64,000 bases of DNA from Podarcis muralis (Eukaryota). A model generated the notes under the pieces. It saw only the letters and a list, made by a program, of their open reading frames with translations. It was not told where the DNA came from and made no database searches. How positions within the stretch are numbered: position 1 is the first letter of the stretch; each line of letters starts with the position of its first letter. Shown in pieces: positions 26,906 to 39,705 of the stretch. Location: NCBI RefSeq assembly GCF_964188315.1, contig NC_135666.1, positions 31,620,001-31,684,000 on the forward strand, read 5' to 3'. Made by a program: the position numbers and the translations under genes.

Positions 26906-28870
26906 CCAATGTCCACATAAACTATCCCAGCTATAAGCTGAACATTTCAGCTGAGGTTGTGCTAAGGTAGAATCCATGTGCAAATGGATTCTTAGCTATG
27001 GAAGGCAAAGCCCCATGCATAATTTTCAAAAATCGTTTGCTGAGTTGCACTCCCTCAGCTGTTCAAGTGAACCATCACTGTTAAACCTATCCACGCTTAA
27101 TGGGGTATGTGGTGCATAATTTAGCTATGGCTATCTCCACAAATTTGAAAGGACGGGGAAAGATTGGTAGTGAGGCTGCCTTCCTTCTCATTTGTTAAAA
27201 ATAATAATAATAATACCATCTTTGTTATACAGAAACACATATTTGTCATAGTTAAAATACAGCATTTGGAACGTGCATTCCGCTTGTAAGGTACATTATC
27301 TTGGTAATATTTCAGGAATGAATTAGCAAATTAAAAGGATAAAATCCAATTCATTATTGATTCAATCAATGAAGCAAGAAGCAGAGAGAAACATCACTTC
27401 CAGAAATAGCTGTTCTGGCTCCTTTTCTTACAGAGCAGATGAGTGTGAATGAAGACTTCACCATTTTAGTATTATTATTATTACCAGCATCATTACACCA
27501 TCAAGTAGACATGTCCCTGCCCTAGAAATTTTAAACTAAATACTAGGGAGGCAACAGAAGAAAGGGAGGAAGTGTGGGAGCCAGCATGGGAGGAAATAAC
27601 ATCTGAATTCTTACTCAGCATCTCTTTAAAGGTAATTTAGGTTTGTCAATGAGCCCTTGAGATCCCATGATCTCATAACTGTTCAAGGTGAGTTCTTCCA
27701 TCTCTATAGTTCAGCCTACACCAACCTGGTGCCTTCCAGGTATTTCAAACTACAACTCCCATCAGCCCCAGCCAGGATATGCTGGTTAGAACTGATGGGA
27801 GCTGTGGTCCAAAACTACACCAAGTTGACAAAGGCTGCCACAGCTAAGCTTATAAGTGTCCAATTTGTAGCCATCAGTTCTTAAACCCACAGCCTAAATT
27901 ACTCCACTATGATATAGAATGTTAGCACATATGTATTTGGGGCTATGAGCAGACAAGGAGACTTCACACACTGTATTATTGGCTGTATTTATAACCTGTG
28001 AACACAACAGAATTAACCAGAAGGAGCTATTTATATTCATTTCTAATCGTTTCATCCAGCATCCAAGACTAGTTCTCTGTCTCCCCCATTCCCAAGAACC
28101 CAATTGCCCTCTCAAAGTATGCCTGGATGTCATTGCTCTTGGAGCTTTCCTTCCATAATTATACCAGCAGCTCACAAGCAGCCGTCAGACCCATTACTGG
28201 CAGCTCATCCCAGTTTACAGTGTCAGCTGACTAACAAAAACTAATGAAGCAAAAGGTGAGGAGGAGAAAGGGGAAGGGGAAGAAGGAGGCAGGATTCTGC
28301 TCCTGGCAGGGAGCGCCTCTGGCTTAATCAGCTGCGCATGAATGCAGGAGTGCATTGTTATGAAATGACAGCTGCGAGCAAGAGAAAACATCGACACATC
28401 CAGACAATTTTCTATTCTGCACTGAAATTGGTGATAACTATGTAGTGCTTCTTCCTTCGTTGGAAGCCAACGATTTTCACATTTAGAGCACTCAACAGTG
28501 TACAAGAAAAACAAACAGATGGGGGTGTTTTTACGATGGATGACTTTATGCTCTACAGAATCGTTTTATCTTTACATACTTCACACTTAGACAGTGCATG
28601 TTTTTGTCTATCCCACTTAACCTTAAACAGGGTGCTAGGCATAGCACAAAGGTACTGAGAGTATAAGAAAGTGATTAACTACAAAATGAAAGTCTTCCAT
28701 GAGCTTGTCGTGCCTAGCCAAAAGAGGAGGTTATTATGTACTCCAAACACAAGCAAGTTCTCTTCCTGCCAGGCCAGAGTGCCACAACAAACAGTTCAGG
28801 AATTTAAGGCAATATTTAAGGCAAGCATTTGACTCAACATCTGTCTTTAGTTACAGGTGAGCAACCCATA

Positions 28871-29236
28871 AAGGTAAAGGTACCCCTGCCCATCAGGGCC
28901 AGTCGTGTCCGACTCTAGGGTTGCGTGCTCATCTCGCTCTATAGGACGTGAGCCAGCGCCGTCCGAAGACACGTCCAGGTCATGTGGCCAGCGTGACGAA
29001 GCTGCAGCTGGCGAGCCAGCACCAGCGCAGCACATGGAAACGCCGTTTACCTTCCTGCTAGGAAGCGGTCCCTATTTATCTACTTGCACTTAAGAGTGCT
29101 TTCGAACTGCTAGGTGGGCAGGAGCTGGGACCGAACGACGGGAGCTCACCCCGCCGTGGGGATTCGAACCGCCGACCATACGATCAGCAAGTCCTAGGCA
29201 CTGAGGTTTTACCCACAGCGCCACCCGCGTCCCCAC
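28871..29236 (-). mobile_element. Sauria SINE, full length
   Basis: Head gggacgcgggtggcgctgtgggtaaacc, B-box-like gttcgaatcc, aaaggtaaaggt tail; 12-bp TSD gagcaacccata (28859-28870 / 29237-29248). Confidence 0.93.
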
Positions 29237-30813
29237 GAGCAACCCATAGCTGACTTTAATGGAATCAAAATAATGGGCTCATGTCTACCACTGCTGCCAG
29301 TGAGGACAACAGACCACTGGATAATCAGAAATAAGCTCTGGGTTTACACACTCCCTCCTCCCTCCCTTCCCCTGGCTTCACTTTCAGTTTTGTGCTAACC
29401 ACTGTTTATCCAAATTGGCAAACTATGTTTTGCCTTTGCCCTCCAAACCAGCACTGGAAACCCATTTCAAAACATTAACTTCCAGTTCTGGTTTGTGATA
29501 AGTCTGTGATAAACAGGAAACTGACAATAAAGCTACAAGAGGACTAGTAGGCAAGAAAGAGTGTTGGGGATGGCTGACACTATGTAATTTTACATTAAAA
29601 AATGTAAATCCTCTCAAAATACATATTTAAATGCATACTTTAATACAGGTTAATAGGCTCTCAAAATACATACTGTATTTAAACACCTTTTCTTATACAT
29701 TTCAGCTGTCAGGAGAGGCATTTCAACATTTGGACAAGTGTGAAATCTGGTGGATGGCACATTACTTCCCATCTGCGCATTACTGTGAAAAGTTCAAATC
29801 AGTGATTTCACTGAGGAATTTCCAAAGGGATCAAGTCCCTGAAGAGACCACAGCTCATTTCCAGTTCTCCAAAACATGGTTTGGAGCATATTCTGCAAGC
29901 CACTGATACAAGGATCTACCACTACATTGGTTGAAGTTGTTCGGAAGATCCATTTCTTAAACACTTTACTGGTAATGATCATAAAAAAAAAGCTCCCAAG
30001 TAATAAATTAAATTCAATGCCAGTGGATTAAAAGGGCAGGTTTAGGTTTCATAAAGCAATATTTCAAATGATGATGTTCCCTCATAGGACTCCCCCTGCA
30101 GAAGAAAGGAATTTCATCCACTTATTGTGGGCTGCAGCTAGGTAATGGATAAATACATTTCTGGTCTGTATCTCTTTTGCATCTCTTAATTCTGACATTA
30201 ATCTGTGACTTTTTAAATAACATTTTTTACAAACATGCATTCAAATTAATCTTCAAATATGTGTTTTTAATGTGATTTATCTCCAAGTGCACATTTCTAA
30301 ATGCATTTTATACTGAAACAAGCTTTTCAAAAGCATTTTGTTGGGAGTTCTCGGCATCCAGGAGAGCTGAATCAGACCAGCACGTATCACAAGTTACAAT
30401 GTACACAATCCTCAAGCATCAGTCCCTACATCTTACTAGGTCCACTAGTAAGGGATTACCCGGGTGTTGGAGAAAGATACTCCCTCAGAAGCTGCCATTT
30501 CAGCAACTGATTACCTCTCATGTCTGATGCTGCAGCTTCAGAAGTAACATGCACACCCTTCTCACCAAATATTCCTTGATTGCCTGTGGTAACCTGGCAA
30601 CAGAGATGTTGCCACTTTCCCTAAGAATAAACTGTCTTTAGCCAGAGTTCATCTGCAACATAACCACACCAAATAGCAAAAGCTTTACGAAAGGTCATCT
30701 GCATGGAAGTTCAACTCAACCTACAGACGCAGGGGACAAATGTAACAAAAGCTACAAGGAGCAACAAGGAGGGATACTTTACAATCACCTCCAGATTATC
30801 AAACTAGCTTAAC

Positions 30814-30949
30814 CAGTGGTGGCCAAACTTGGCCCTCCAGCTGTTTTGGGACTACAATTCCCATCATCCCTGACCACCAGTCCTGTTAGCAAGGGATGAT
30901 GAGAGTTGTAGTCCAAAAACAGCTGGAGGGCCAAGTTTGGCCACCACTG
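30814..30949. mobile_element. hAT-type palindromic MITE (same subfamily as 3154)
   Basis: TIR cagtggtggccaaacttggccctccagctg / cagctggagggccaagtttggccaccactg; degenerate 8-bp TSD agcttaac/aactaaac. Confidence 0.88.
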
Positions 30950-31182
30950 AACTAAACCAAAAGTGGGGAACCTGTGGTTCTCTGTCCATTGTTAGGCTCC
31001 AACTCCCATCAGTCCCAGCCAGCATGGTTAGAGGTGATCACAGTTGTAATTCAACAACATCTGGCCACATGTTCCCATCTATCGACAGATGAATTTTTAA
31101 AATCTATTTATTTATTTTGATCTAATTTTCATACTATTATCAGTTGAAAGCTAATACAAAAGCTACTTAAACCAAAGCAGTA

Positions 31183-31433
31183 CAGTTGTACCTTGGTTGT
31201 TGAACGGAATCCATTCCAGAAGTCCGTTCAACTTCAGAAAACGTTCAACAACCAAGGCGCGGCTTTTGATTCGCTGCAGAAAGCTATAGGAAGTTCCTGC
31301 ATGCAATCGGAAGCCCCAGAAGCTGTGTTGGACATTCAACTTCCAAAGAACGTTTGCAAACAGGAACACTCACTTCCAGGTTTACGGCGTTCAGGAGCCA
31401 AAACGTTCAAGTTCGGGATCCAAGGTACGACTG
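31183..31433. mobile_element. Tc1/mariner-type MITE (same family as 47441-47681)
   Basis: TIR cagttgtaccttgg / ccaaggtacgactg, TA TSD. Confidence 0.88.
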
Positions 31434-31511
31434 TACTGCTTTTTCTTTGTGGAAAGTAAGAAGATGGAAACTTCTGGATTAGAGATATAGTCTGACTTGG
31501 GTTTGAGTTTC

Positions 31512-31550
31512 CAACAACAACAACAACAACAACAACAACATCATCACCAC
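31512..31550. repeat. (CAA)n grading into CAT/CAC compound microsatellite
   Basis: read directly. Confidence 0.9.
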
Positions 31551-31569
31551 CCCATGTTACAAATCCTCA

Positions 31570-31905
31570 AAGACCAGCACATCCCCTGCCATTCCTGCAG
31601 ATGTAAAGAAGTAGTAGAGCTGTGTGTCATCAGCAAATTGCTGACAACGTACAACAAGACTCCAGATGACCACAGTCAGTGGTTTCCTGTAGATGCTAAA
31701 TAGCATGGGGGATAAGGTAAGAACCCTGAGAAATCCCACCTTTGAAGGCTTCACAAGGCTGAGTAGCACACCCCAAGCATCACCCTCTGGAAATGATCAT
31801 CCAGGTAGGACTGGAGCCACCTCAAAGTAGTGCTGCCCACCCCCAACTCAGACAGCCACTTCATAAGGATACCACAGTTGATGGCATTGAAAGCTGCTGA
31901 GAGTT
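31570..31905 (-). mobile_element. L2-like reverse transcriptase fragment
   Basis: Translates LLTLSAAFNAINCGIL..LSELGVG...LRWLQSYL and LSPMLFSIY.KPL...CQQFADDTQLY. Confidence 0.85.
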
Positions 31906-33414
31906 AACAGAGACATGTTTTCCCTGTCTCTTTCTTGACAGAGGGGATGCTCTCACAAGATCTCCTGCAAAATTTCACAGGGCCACTCCCAGGCTTCCAG
32001 AGCCAGTGTGCCAAGAGTGCCTTGCCCAATAAGCAAGGTAGAGAGCTTTAAAGCTCTTATTGTGTTGGGAAAACCTTGCATGCATTTAATTTGCACAATT
32101 TCAATTGGCCATCCTTCAACCATGCAAGATTGAAATCACACAAGTAAAATATACACAAGAGGCTATTGGTTCTGTACTACTTGGTACAGTTGTACTAATA
32201 CTAGCTGCCAACAATAAGTGGCCAGTAAGATGATGCTTGGGTTTTTAAAATGTTAGGTTTGCCATGTACAGAAAAACAATGTTTTCTGCATAAAATGCTA
32301 CACCCACCCCTGCAGTAAAAGGCAGTAGCTATTTGGCAACAGGGACTATTCTGCAATACAGCATCTTGTTCTGTTTATAAATGGCAGCTTTAGATTTCGT
32401 AAACTAATCACATAGATACTGGCCAGTTTCCCAGTGTCAACAATAATTTCCATTCCAGAAATGCTAAGCCATTTTGAAACATTAGTTTTCAATGTTATTT
32501 TATTTTACATGAATGCATCCCGTTCTTCAGACACCCCTGATTTCCCCATATGGCTAACACCTAATTCTGCTATTTGGCTGCTAAGGCCCAATACCATTTA
32601 GCTGCTGTGCTATGGAAATATCACTGCAATAATACCATTCATGAGGGATAATGAAGGGGCAACTATTTTGATTTGTCATTTCACTGTAACAATGACATCC
32701 AGGGACATGCCTAGAGGAAGAACGAAATTGCATCCATTAAAAACATTTCTTGAGCATCATGAAAGGATAATATATACCCCCAGTGCAAGAAAAGGCAAGC
32801 AGCATAGTCAATAAAGCTGCCATTTAGTCCAATTTAACACTTGGTGAAAAGGGTAGGGGAATCACCATGTGTTCACCAAGGCTATCTGTCTCTCCAGACA
32901 CACCACCAATGACGTTCGTTTCTAATAAGAGTGCAAATGACCAACAGCAACCAAACTGGGAACTCCAAAAAGGAACTAGAAGAATAAACAAAAAGAAACA
33001 AGGTAGACAAATAAAGATAGTCAATAGTCTAACAAGTTCTATAGCCTTGAGTGACATGACCTTCTCTGCCTTTCCTATAGAGTTTGCATCCAGACATCCT
33101 CTCCCAATGTCCGTGCACATGCAGCTGTTTGTTTATCGCTTCCCGGGGATACAATCCTACACCTTTGTATGTGAACATTGCAACCACCATCCCAACCCAT
33201 CAGCACCTTCCTTTCTGCCAGCATCCTAAGCAGCTGAGAATGACCCATGTGGTTTTGTTACTCTCGCACACCCCACAATGACACAGCATGATGGAGTTGT
33301 TCCTACACCACTGCGCGCATGCAGAGACCTTAGCAAGCTGCAATGTCAGGTATGTGTCTAAAGATGTAACACAGAGGGCAACACAATATGGCCCATCAGC
33401 ACAACAGTTTCTGC

Positions 33415-34033
33415 TGTCATGTGCCCTGTGAATAGGTCTTGGCAAGGTCAGTCAGAAGTGGAGGAAGAATGGGACAATGGTGCAAAATTGGATCTTGGGC
33501 AGGGTTTCTGCAGTCTGGGAGGTTCTAACCTAGGCACTGGGGAGAAGATAAGTGGGTTGTCAGGAGAGAAGGCAAATGGCCCAGCTGCCAAAGTAGAGCA
33601 GCCTGACTTGACTCCAGTGGCACCCCGTCAGTGAAGAATCCCACATTCCTAAGGGAGGCACCTAAGACTAGACTGGACAGTGAGCCAGCCACATTGACTC
33701 CAGCTCCATCATCGAGGACACTGCAGTGACAGCACAAACAGACACAACCTACACATAGGAATGCCCACTTGCTTCCTCGCTCCCATGGCTCAGGAAGAAA
33801 ACTGCAAATGACTGTGCCAACCCCACTCTTCAAAAGGAGAGATCAGGGGGAATGTCAAGTGCTGGGACAAGACCTTAGCTTATGCCTAACCATGCACCCT
33901 AGGGCTCTGCTGCGACTTCTGAACTGTGTAACCTGATTTGTGCTTGGGCACTGTACTGAATTCTGGAATAAAGCCTTTAATAAAAATCTAGCTGAGAGTC
34001 CACATACCAAGTCTGCAAGTGGCAGCCATGGCA
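33415..34033 (+). mobile_element. Solo LTR (619 bp)
   Basis: TGTCAT...ATGGCA termini (near-inverted), exact 5-bp TSD tctgc (33410-33414 / 34034-34038), AATAAA near the 3' end. Confidence 0.75.
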
Positions 34034-34712
34034 TCTGCTTTCAGGAAACTCACAACCGGACCCTGTGCCCCCCCCCTCTAAAAAAAATGTTCCCAGTGCC
34101 AAATGCACAATTCAGTTGTTCTTTGTTCTGGCTGCCCTCTGTTCCTGAGCCAAACCCTCTCCTTCACTTATTTACACCCAAAGCCCCCAGCTTGCCTGAC
34201 ATCCTCCCTAGCTTCCTCTCTTTGTTGCTTAGGAAACAGCTGATACAAATGCTAGTTCTGTAATTACCAACAATCCCAAGGGACTTGTTTCTACAAATTT
34301 TATTGCAATTCAATTTTGGAATTCAGACTCCTGGCATCTGGTTCCTTGCTTATTGCACCCAGAATCATACATATAGTCCAGAAATGCCCCTCGGAGCTTG
34401 GAGAAATTATGCGAGTTTATGTCTGCAATCTTTTAACGTTTGTTCTCAAGATCTCCCTAATTGTATTCGGTCACTGGCTCCAAACAGATTTTTCAGGTAA
34501 ATCCAATACTGGGTGAATCGATGCCGATAGCCTACTTCTAGGATTACGGATGACCTCAGAACACCATTTAGCCCGACCTGAAGATTCCATTTGCAAGTGG
34601 AGAAGGGAATACCCAACTGTGCTATATCTTTGCAATATCTGAAGGGTCTAAACATGCATATCCTGCCAACCTCCCACATAGAAGGGGCAAAATATAAAAG
34701 ACTCTGAAATTA

Positions 34713-35190
34713 TGAGAAGAGCCTGCTGGATCAGGCCAATGGGCCATCTAATCCAGCATCCTGCTCAACCAGATTGCCTGTGGGAAACCTGCAAACAGGG
34801 CCAAACACAAGAGCCCTCTCAGCCTCCTGCAGTTTCCAGCAAGTGATATTCAGAAGCATCACTGCCTCCAACCATCATGGCTAATAGCCAATGATAGCAT
34901 TATCCTCCATGAATTTGTCTAGGCCACTTTTAAAGTAGGTGACCACCGCTGCCTCCCACGGGAGCAAGTGCCATAGTTTATACAATGAATTTCTTTTCTC
35001 TGTCCCGAATCTTCCAATAATCACTGTTGTTGGATGCCCATGAGTTCTAGTGCTATGAAAGAGGGAGAGAGAAACTTTTATCTATCCACTTTCTCCATGC
35101 CATGCTTAATTCTATAAACTTCTATCATGTTCTCCTTGACTTGCCTTTTCTTTAAACTATAAGATTGTATGCACTGCAAGCTTTCCTCAC
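34713..35190 (-). mobile_element. CR1 LINE 3' fragment
   Basis: agaagagcctgctggatcaggccaatgggccatctaatccagcatcc terminal motif followed by CR1-like ORF2 end. Confidence 0.75.
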
Positions 35191-36460
35191 TCCCCAAAGC
35201 TCAATGGGCTCGACCTCAAATAACTTAATTTGGTCTCATTGTGGTTTAAGCCCAAATTAAACTTCTTTATGTTTGGCTGCATTATGAGTTAAAGCCATGT
35301 AATTAGAGACCTCCCCACCTTGAGCCTCCCCTCTATTCACTTTTCCCAGGATGCCCCGTATAGCAGCACAGAAGGTCTACTGGAGTCCCAGTTTCCTCTC
35401 AGAGCCCCCCACTTCAAAATTGGAGAGGAAACGAAAGGCAGTGACAACCACCTTGAAAGCTAGCACTGGACCAACTCTGCAAGGAACCTGAGCTTCAGAT
35501 GGGTTTGTGGTTTACTCAAAAGCAGGCTTAGGCTGTCTGAACTAAGGAAGCTTAGTTCCACCTGGCTAGCCACCGTATATTAGATCAGCAGTCTGTCCCA
35601 AAGGATGCTAGTGAGCCATCGACTTCATGTTTTTACAGCACTGAACCTGGCCCTTTCTCCACCACTGACTCCAAAAAGTAACAGTTTGAAAGTCTCTTAT
35701 CCCACAAGGTGAGCTATCAGTTCCTCAACAACTTCACCAGCTTTCACTGGCTATTAATTCATGAAATGCACATTTGGATTTGGATGCAAATCAAAGCAAA
35801 AACTTCCATGCCTATTTCAGCATTTCTTTTTGGCCACACAAACCATTCCTTTGCTGGTAGATTAAATCAGTGAAACCCCCAGTGTGTAGACGGTTTCTTC
35901 TACATTCTTTTGAGTTGCCGAGTCATGGTCTTTGTTTAGGGCAATCAAAATGGTATTTTCCTCCTCCAGTGCACCCCTTCAATACTACAAAGATTAACAT
36001 TTTTATTAGAAAGTAAAAGTGGCCCAGACACATAGAGCAGTGACTCTTGACATTTAAAAGTACGGGTAAATTTGCTATGGCTGCATAACAAACACCACAT
36101 GTATTTAACATTGCTTTTCTGCTCTTTAAACAAAGCATTCTATATTATACACTAGCTTGCATAAACTGTATATATTTATATATTTTCCAAGTTGGTATAA
36201 TGACTTTTTAAAAACACCCAAATATTAATGTAGACATTCATGGCAGAGGAATTATTGCTTTAGCAACTTTTGGGTATAGAAGGAAACAATATATCCCATG
36301 GGGGTATTAATACAGAAGACCAATATATGGGGGGGCGGAGTCAACCAAGGCATCTGACCTTTGCCCTACACCAGAAGATGTCCTTCACCCAATGAGGAAC
36401 ATGAATAGCCATCTTACATCTCCCAGAATATACAACATTATCAAGAATACAGAGTATTTT

Positions 36461-36597
36461 TTATTATTATTACATTTATTCAAAAATGAAAGTGTACATA
36501 CAATCAATAAATCATTCTTTATAATAACATAAAATAAAAATAAAATAAAAATTTCACCATTGTGACTTCCCTCGACCTCAAGTCGACATCTTTTAAT
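36461..36597 (-). mobile_element. 137-bp L1-type retro-insertion (extreme 5' truncation)
   Basis: Exact 18-bp TSD aagaatacagagtatttt (36443-36460 / 36598-36615); AATAAA plus A-rich tail; empty site reads TTTT/AA. Confidence 0.8.
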
Positions 36598-36933
36598 AAG
36601 AATACAGAGTATTTTAACTCATTTCTTATGTCCCTCGCTGATATTTTTTGCAGAGCATTGTATTTTGGGCAAATTTTGTACAATGTTTGGGAAGTCTGCT
36701 AGCAATGTCAGCCATATAGGCTGTGGAGGGTGTGTGATACACAAGGACCGACCAACCTCAGAAATCTCCATGATAATTTTCTCATGTGCAGCAGTTCTAC
36801 AATAACTCCCTTTTGTTTTTTTTGCTTCTGGCAGGAACACTCTGTGCCAACTGTCCATTAATATTACATATAAAGATGCATCTATCATCTATAAATGCAT
36901 TGTGATTTTTGTGAAGATATGTGCTTCCTAGAG

Positions 36934-37060
36934 CCACAGAGTTGGAAGGCACCCTAAGCCTCTTCTAATCCAACCTCCTCCTGCCCACAGCCATCCCTGG
37001 ATGGGCTCAAACCACCAGACTTCTAGTTAGCAGCCAGACGCACTGACCCATTTCACCCCA
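36934..37060 (-). mobile_element. tRNA-Asn(GUU)-headed SINE with CR1-type 3' tail
   Basis: Minus strand tggggtgaaatgggtcagtgcgtctggctgctaactagaagtctggtggtttgagcccatccagggatg aligns to tRNA-Asn, followed by ...ggttggattaga...gggtgccttccaactctgtg. Confidence 0.75.
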
Positions 37061-37223
37061 GGAGCTGCCCTACACTTCTTCTCTGTATAATTATGTTTTA
37101 TCTCTGATCAGATAGCATGCCATTGGATGCTGATCTGTGATCAAAGTAAACCGGGAGAAGAGGGGTCCAGAACATATTTTGCACGAGGGCCCACAACCAA
37201 GTATAGCCATCCCTGCCTGGTTG

Positions 37224-37381
37224 CAGTGGCGTAGCGTGGGGGGTGCAGGGGGGGCCGGCCGCACCGGGCGCAACATCTGGGGTTAGGGCAAATCCACAGG
37301 TTAGGGGGCGCAAATCCACGGGTTAGGGGGCGCAAATTACTTGCCTTGCCCCGGGTGCTGACAACCCACGCTACGCCACTG
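37224..37381. mobile_element. Young hAT-type MITE with internal TTAGGG-containing repeats
   Basis: Perfect 17-bp TIR cagtggcgtagcgtggg / cccacgctacgccactg; exact 8-bp TSD cctggttg. Confidence 0.92.
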
Positions 37382-38694
37382 CCTGGTTGCACTGATATAT
37401 TTTATTGATGTGTGCTTGGCTGACTGGCTAGAGGATGGTTGCTGAGTTCTGAAGCACACGTGGCTCTCAAATGTTGAAAAGCACCTGCACCACAAAGGAT
37501 AGTTTCTCAGCAAGGATTATCGCCTGGAGGTCATGCAACTGGAGGAGTCACGGAACGCCTCTGGAAACTGCATAAAAGCATTATATGTCCTTGTTACAAA
37601 ATTAGCTGAAAGGGGCAAATGAGTAAAGTGTGAGCACACAGTTCAGCACAGGGTATGGATAGCTATCAGCCAGGGCAGAATTTATTTTCCTCCAGAAAAC
37701 AAGCTCTGGATGTCAACTTCGGAGCTTCCTTTCCACCTGCCCCAACAGTTCAATGCAGAAGACAATACAGACTGAGTTATTTAGAAACCAGAAAAAGTGC
37801 AAAAGAGAAGGTATATGGAGGACCACTATTTGGGGTGGGGGTGGGGAGACAAGCATTTATAACATGTAAATCAAAAAGTGGCACCGAACAAACGTAATTT
37901 ATAGCCATGTTCTGAATGCTAATCCTTTTCTAGCCCAAAATTATTCCCTGCTGTGTAAATGAGGCAGCATTAGAATATTGATACATATACAGAATACAAA
38001 TTGCATTGGGCTGCCCTCTGCCCCTACAAAGTCTCAGCACTGAGATTTTAAATATAATTATTGCCTTCATTCTATATATAGGCATAGATCTTTAGCACTA
38101 AGTACCAGCCATTAAATTAAAGGAGTTATGCAGTAAATTGTAGGGTGGATCAGTTATTTTCTATAGGCTGCTGCATTTTATCGGCTGCATTTTCTATAGA
38201 ATGCTTCTGAATTAGTTTTGGCAAAGAATCACTACTCTGTTAAAACACGCACGTTTATTAAGCAAGTAACCCCAGAGCTGCATGCCTAGGGTTATGGCTT
38301 AAAAAAAAAAAAATACACTGACCCATAGCTTTAATTGGGTGACACACAGTCTCCTAAATTTCCCAACAGTTCAATTAAAGGAAATAGCACAGGGTTACCA
38401 TTAGGTTTGTACCCTTGTCATTGTCATTGATCTTTCAGAATCAGGGCAAAGAAGTGGAGGTGGAGGGCTTTCCTCCCCTTTCAAATGTCTCCTTCTAGTA
38501 TTATGGGAAAAGCCTGCCTTCTAGTTGAATTGAATTCCCCTTTAATCTCATCCTTGAGCTGGTGGATAGATGCAGTCTTTAAAAATGCAGGATATCGGTG
38601 TAATTGTAAATTGATCTGTCTCTTTGGAAAACAGCCAAGAGTGTTCAACCAGCAAAAAGACCCAATCCCTGAAAGTGTCCCTCACCCTCTCCCT

Positions 38695-38790
38695 AACTGC
38701 ATAAGCCTATATACATGGTCTACTCAGGAGTAAGTCCCATTGAGTTCAATGGAGCTTACTCCCAGGTAAGGAGGAATAGGATTCCAACCA
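38695..38790. repeat. Old hairpin-like interspersed repeat (gtaagtccca.tga.ttcaatgg..cttactc family); relatives near 1650, 12380, 25430, 41170, 46680, 48050
   Basis: Recurrent imperfect inverted repeat; no TSD or clear superfamily. Confidence 0.55.
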
Positions 38791-39705
38791 CAATAAGACT
38801 TTTGGGTTGCTAAATCTTCTGAAATAACAATACCGGATGATGTATTCCTCACACTACTAGTAGTTCCTCACATTACTAGAGAGCTGACTGCTAGTCAGAA
38901 GGTGTTTTAAATTTTAAGATCTGCTCTCAGAAAGCTTGGGAGTGTCTTTGAAGCAAGAAGTAGGTTATAGGACTGTTTTAAGAAACACAGCAATGCCAGT
39001 AACCTACCACTAAAGGGCTAGAGATCAATGCAGCAGATTCACCTATAAAAACATTTATTTCCGTTGAAAAGTTGATAAAGAGACACAGTCATGACTGCAG
39101 AGTCTTTGAAATCAGACACATTATTTCTTAGTGCCACACTCAAGGAAATTCATCTGTCTACGGTGATCTTGAACCTATATAGCCTATTTGCCATGGGCTC
39201 TTTGGTTATGAGATCTGGCAAGCCACGGGTTATTTCACCTAATCCATCATTAGTGTTCACGTGCCCTTTATGACATACAACAAACCTGGATTTAACAACC
39301 CTGCTCCTCCCGTGTGATGAATCTAAACGCATTTCACAATAGGGTAGACAGAAAGGCATGCAGGTTCTTTCACCTTTTCTTTGTGCATTTTTTTTTAACA
39401 TTCTTGGGGCACTATGGGGACCCGCCGTTACTATTATTATCATCCTTTTTTGCTCTCCCTTCCTAATCACTTAATGTACACTCTGTTAGCACAGGGCACA
39501 GAGCGATTAGAAAACAACAGTGAGGTTAAATCACCATGGTACAGCCTGGACAGCCATCTGTCATTAAATGTGTGCAAACTGATACTCTCCAAATAAAACA
39601 ATCCGGGGTGGGGGGTGGGAAAGACATTCGGCAAGAGCATCGATAACCACCGGTGCAACATGCAGCCAAAGGCAATGCAGCAATATACCCCTCTCCTCTA
39701 CTTAC

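Larger units (their letters stand above)
1..39705 (-). other. THSD7A: Part of THSD7A intron 1 (exon 2 lies beyond position 1)
   Basis: Canonical donor after exon 1; no GPWGRC-type exon 2 seen downstream; mammalian THSD7A intron 1 is very long. Confidence 0.75.
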
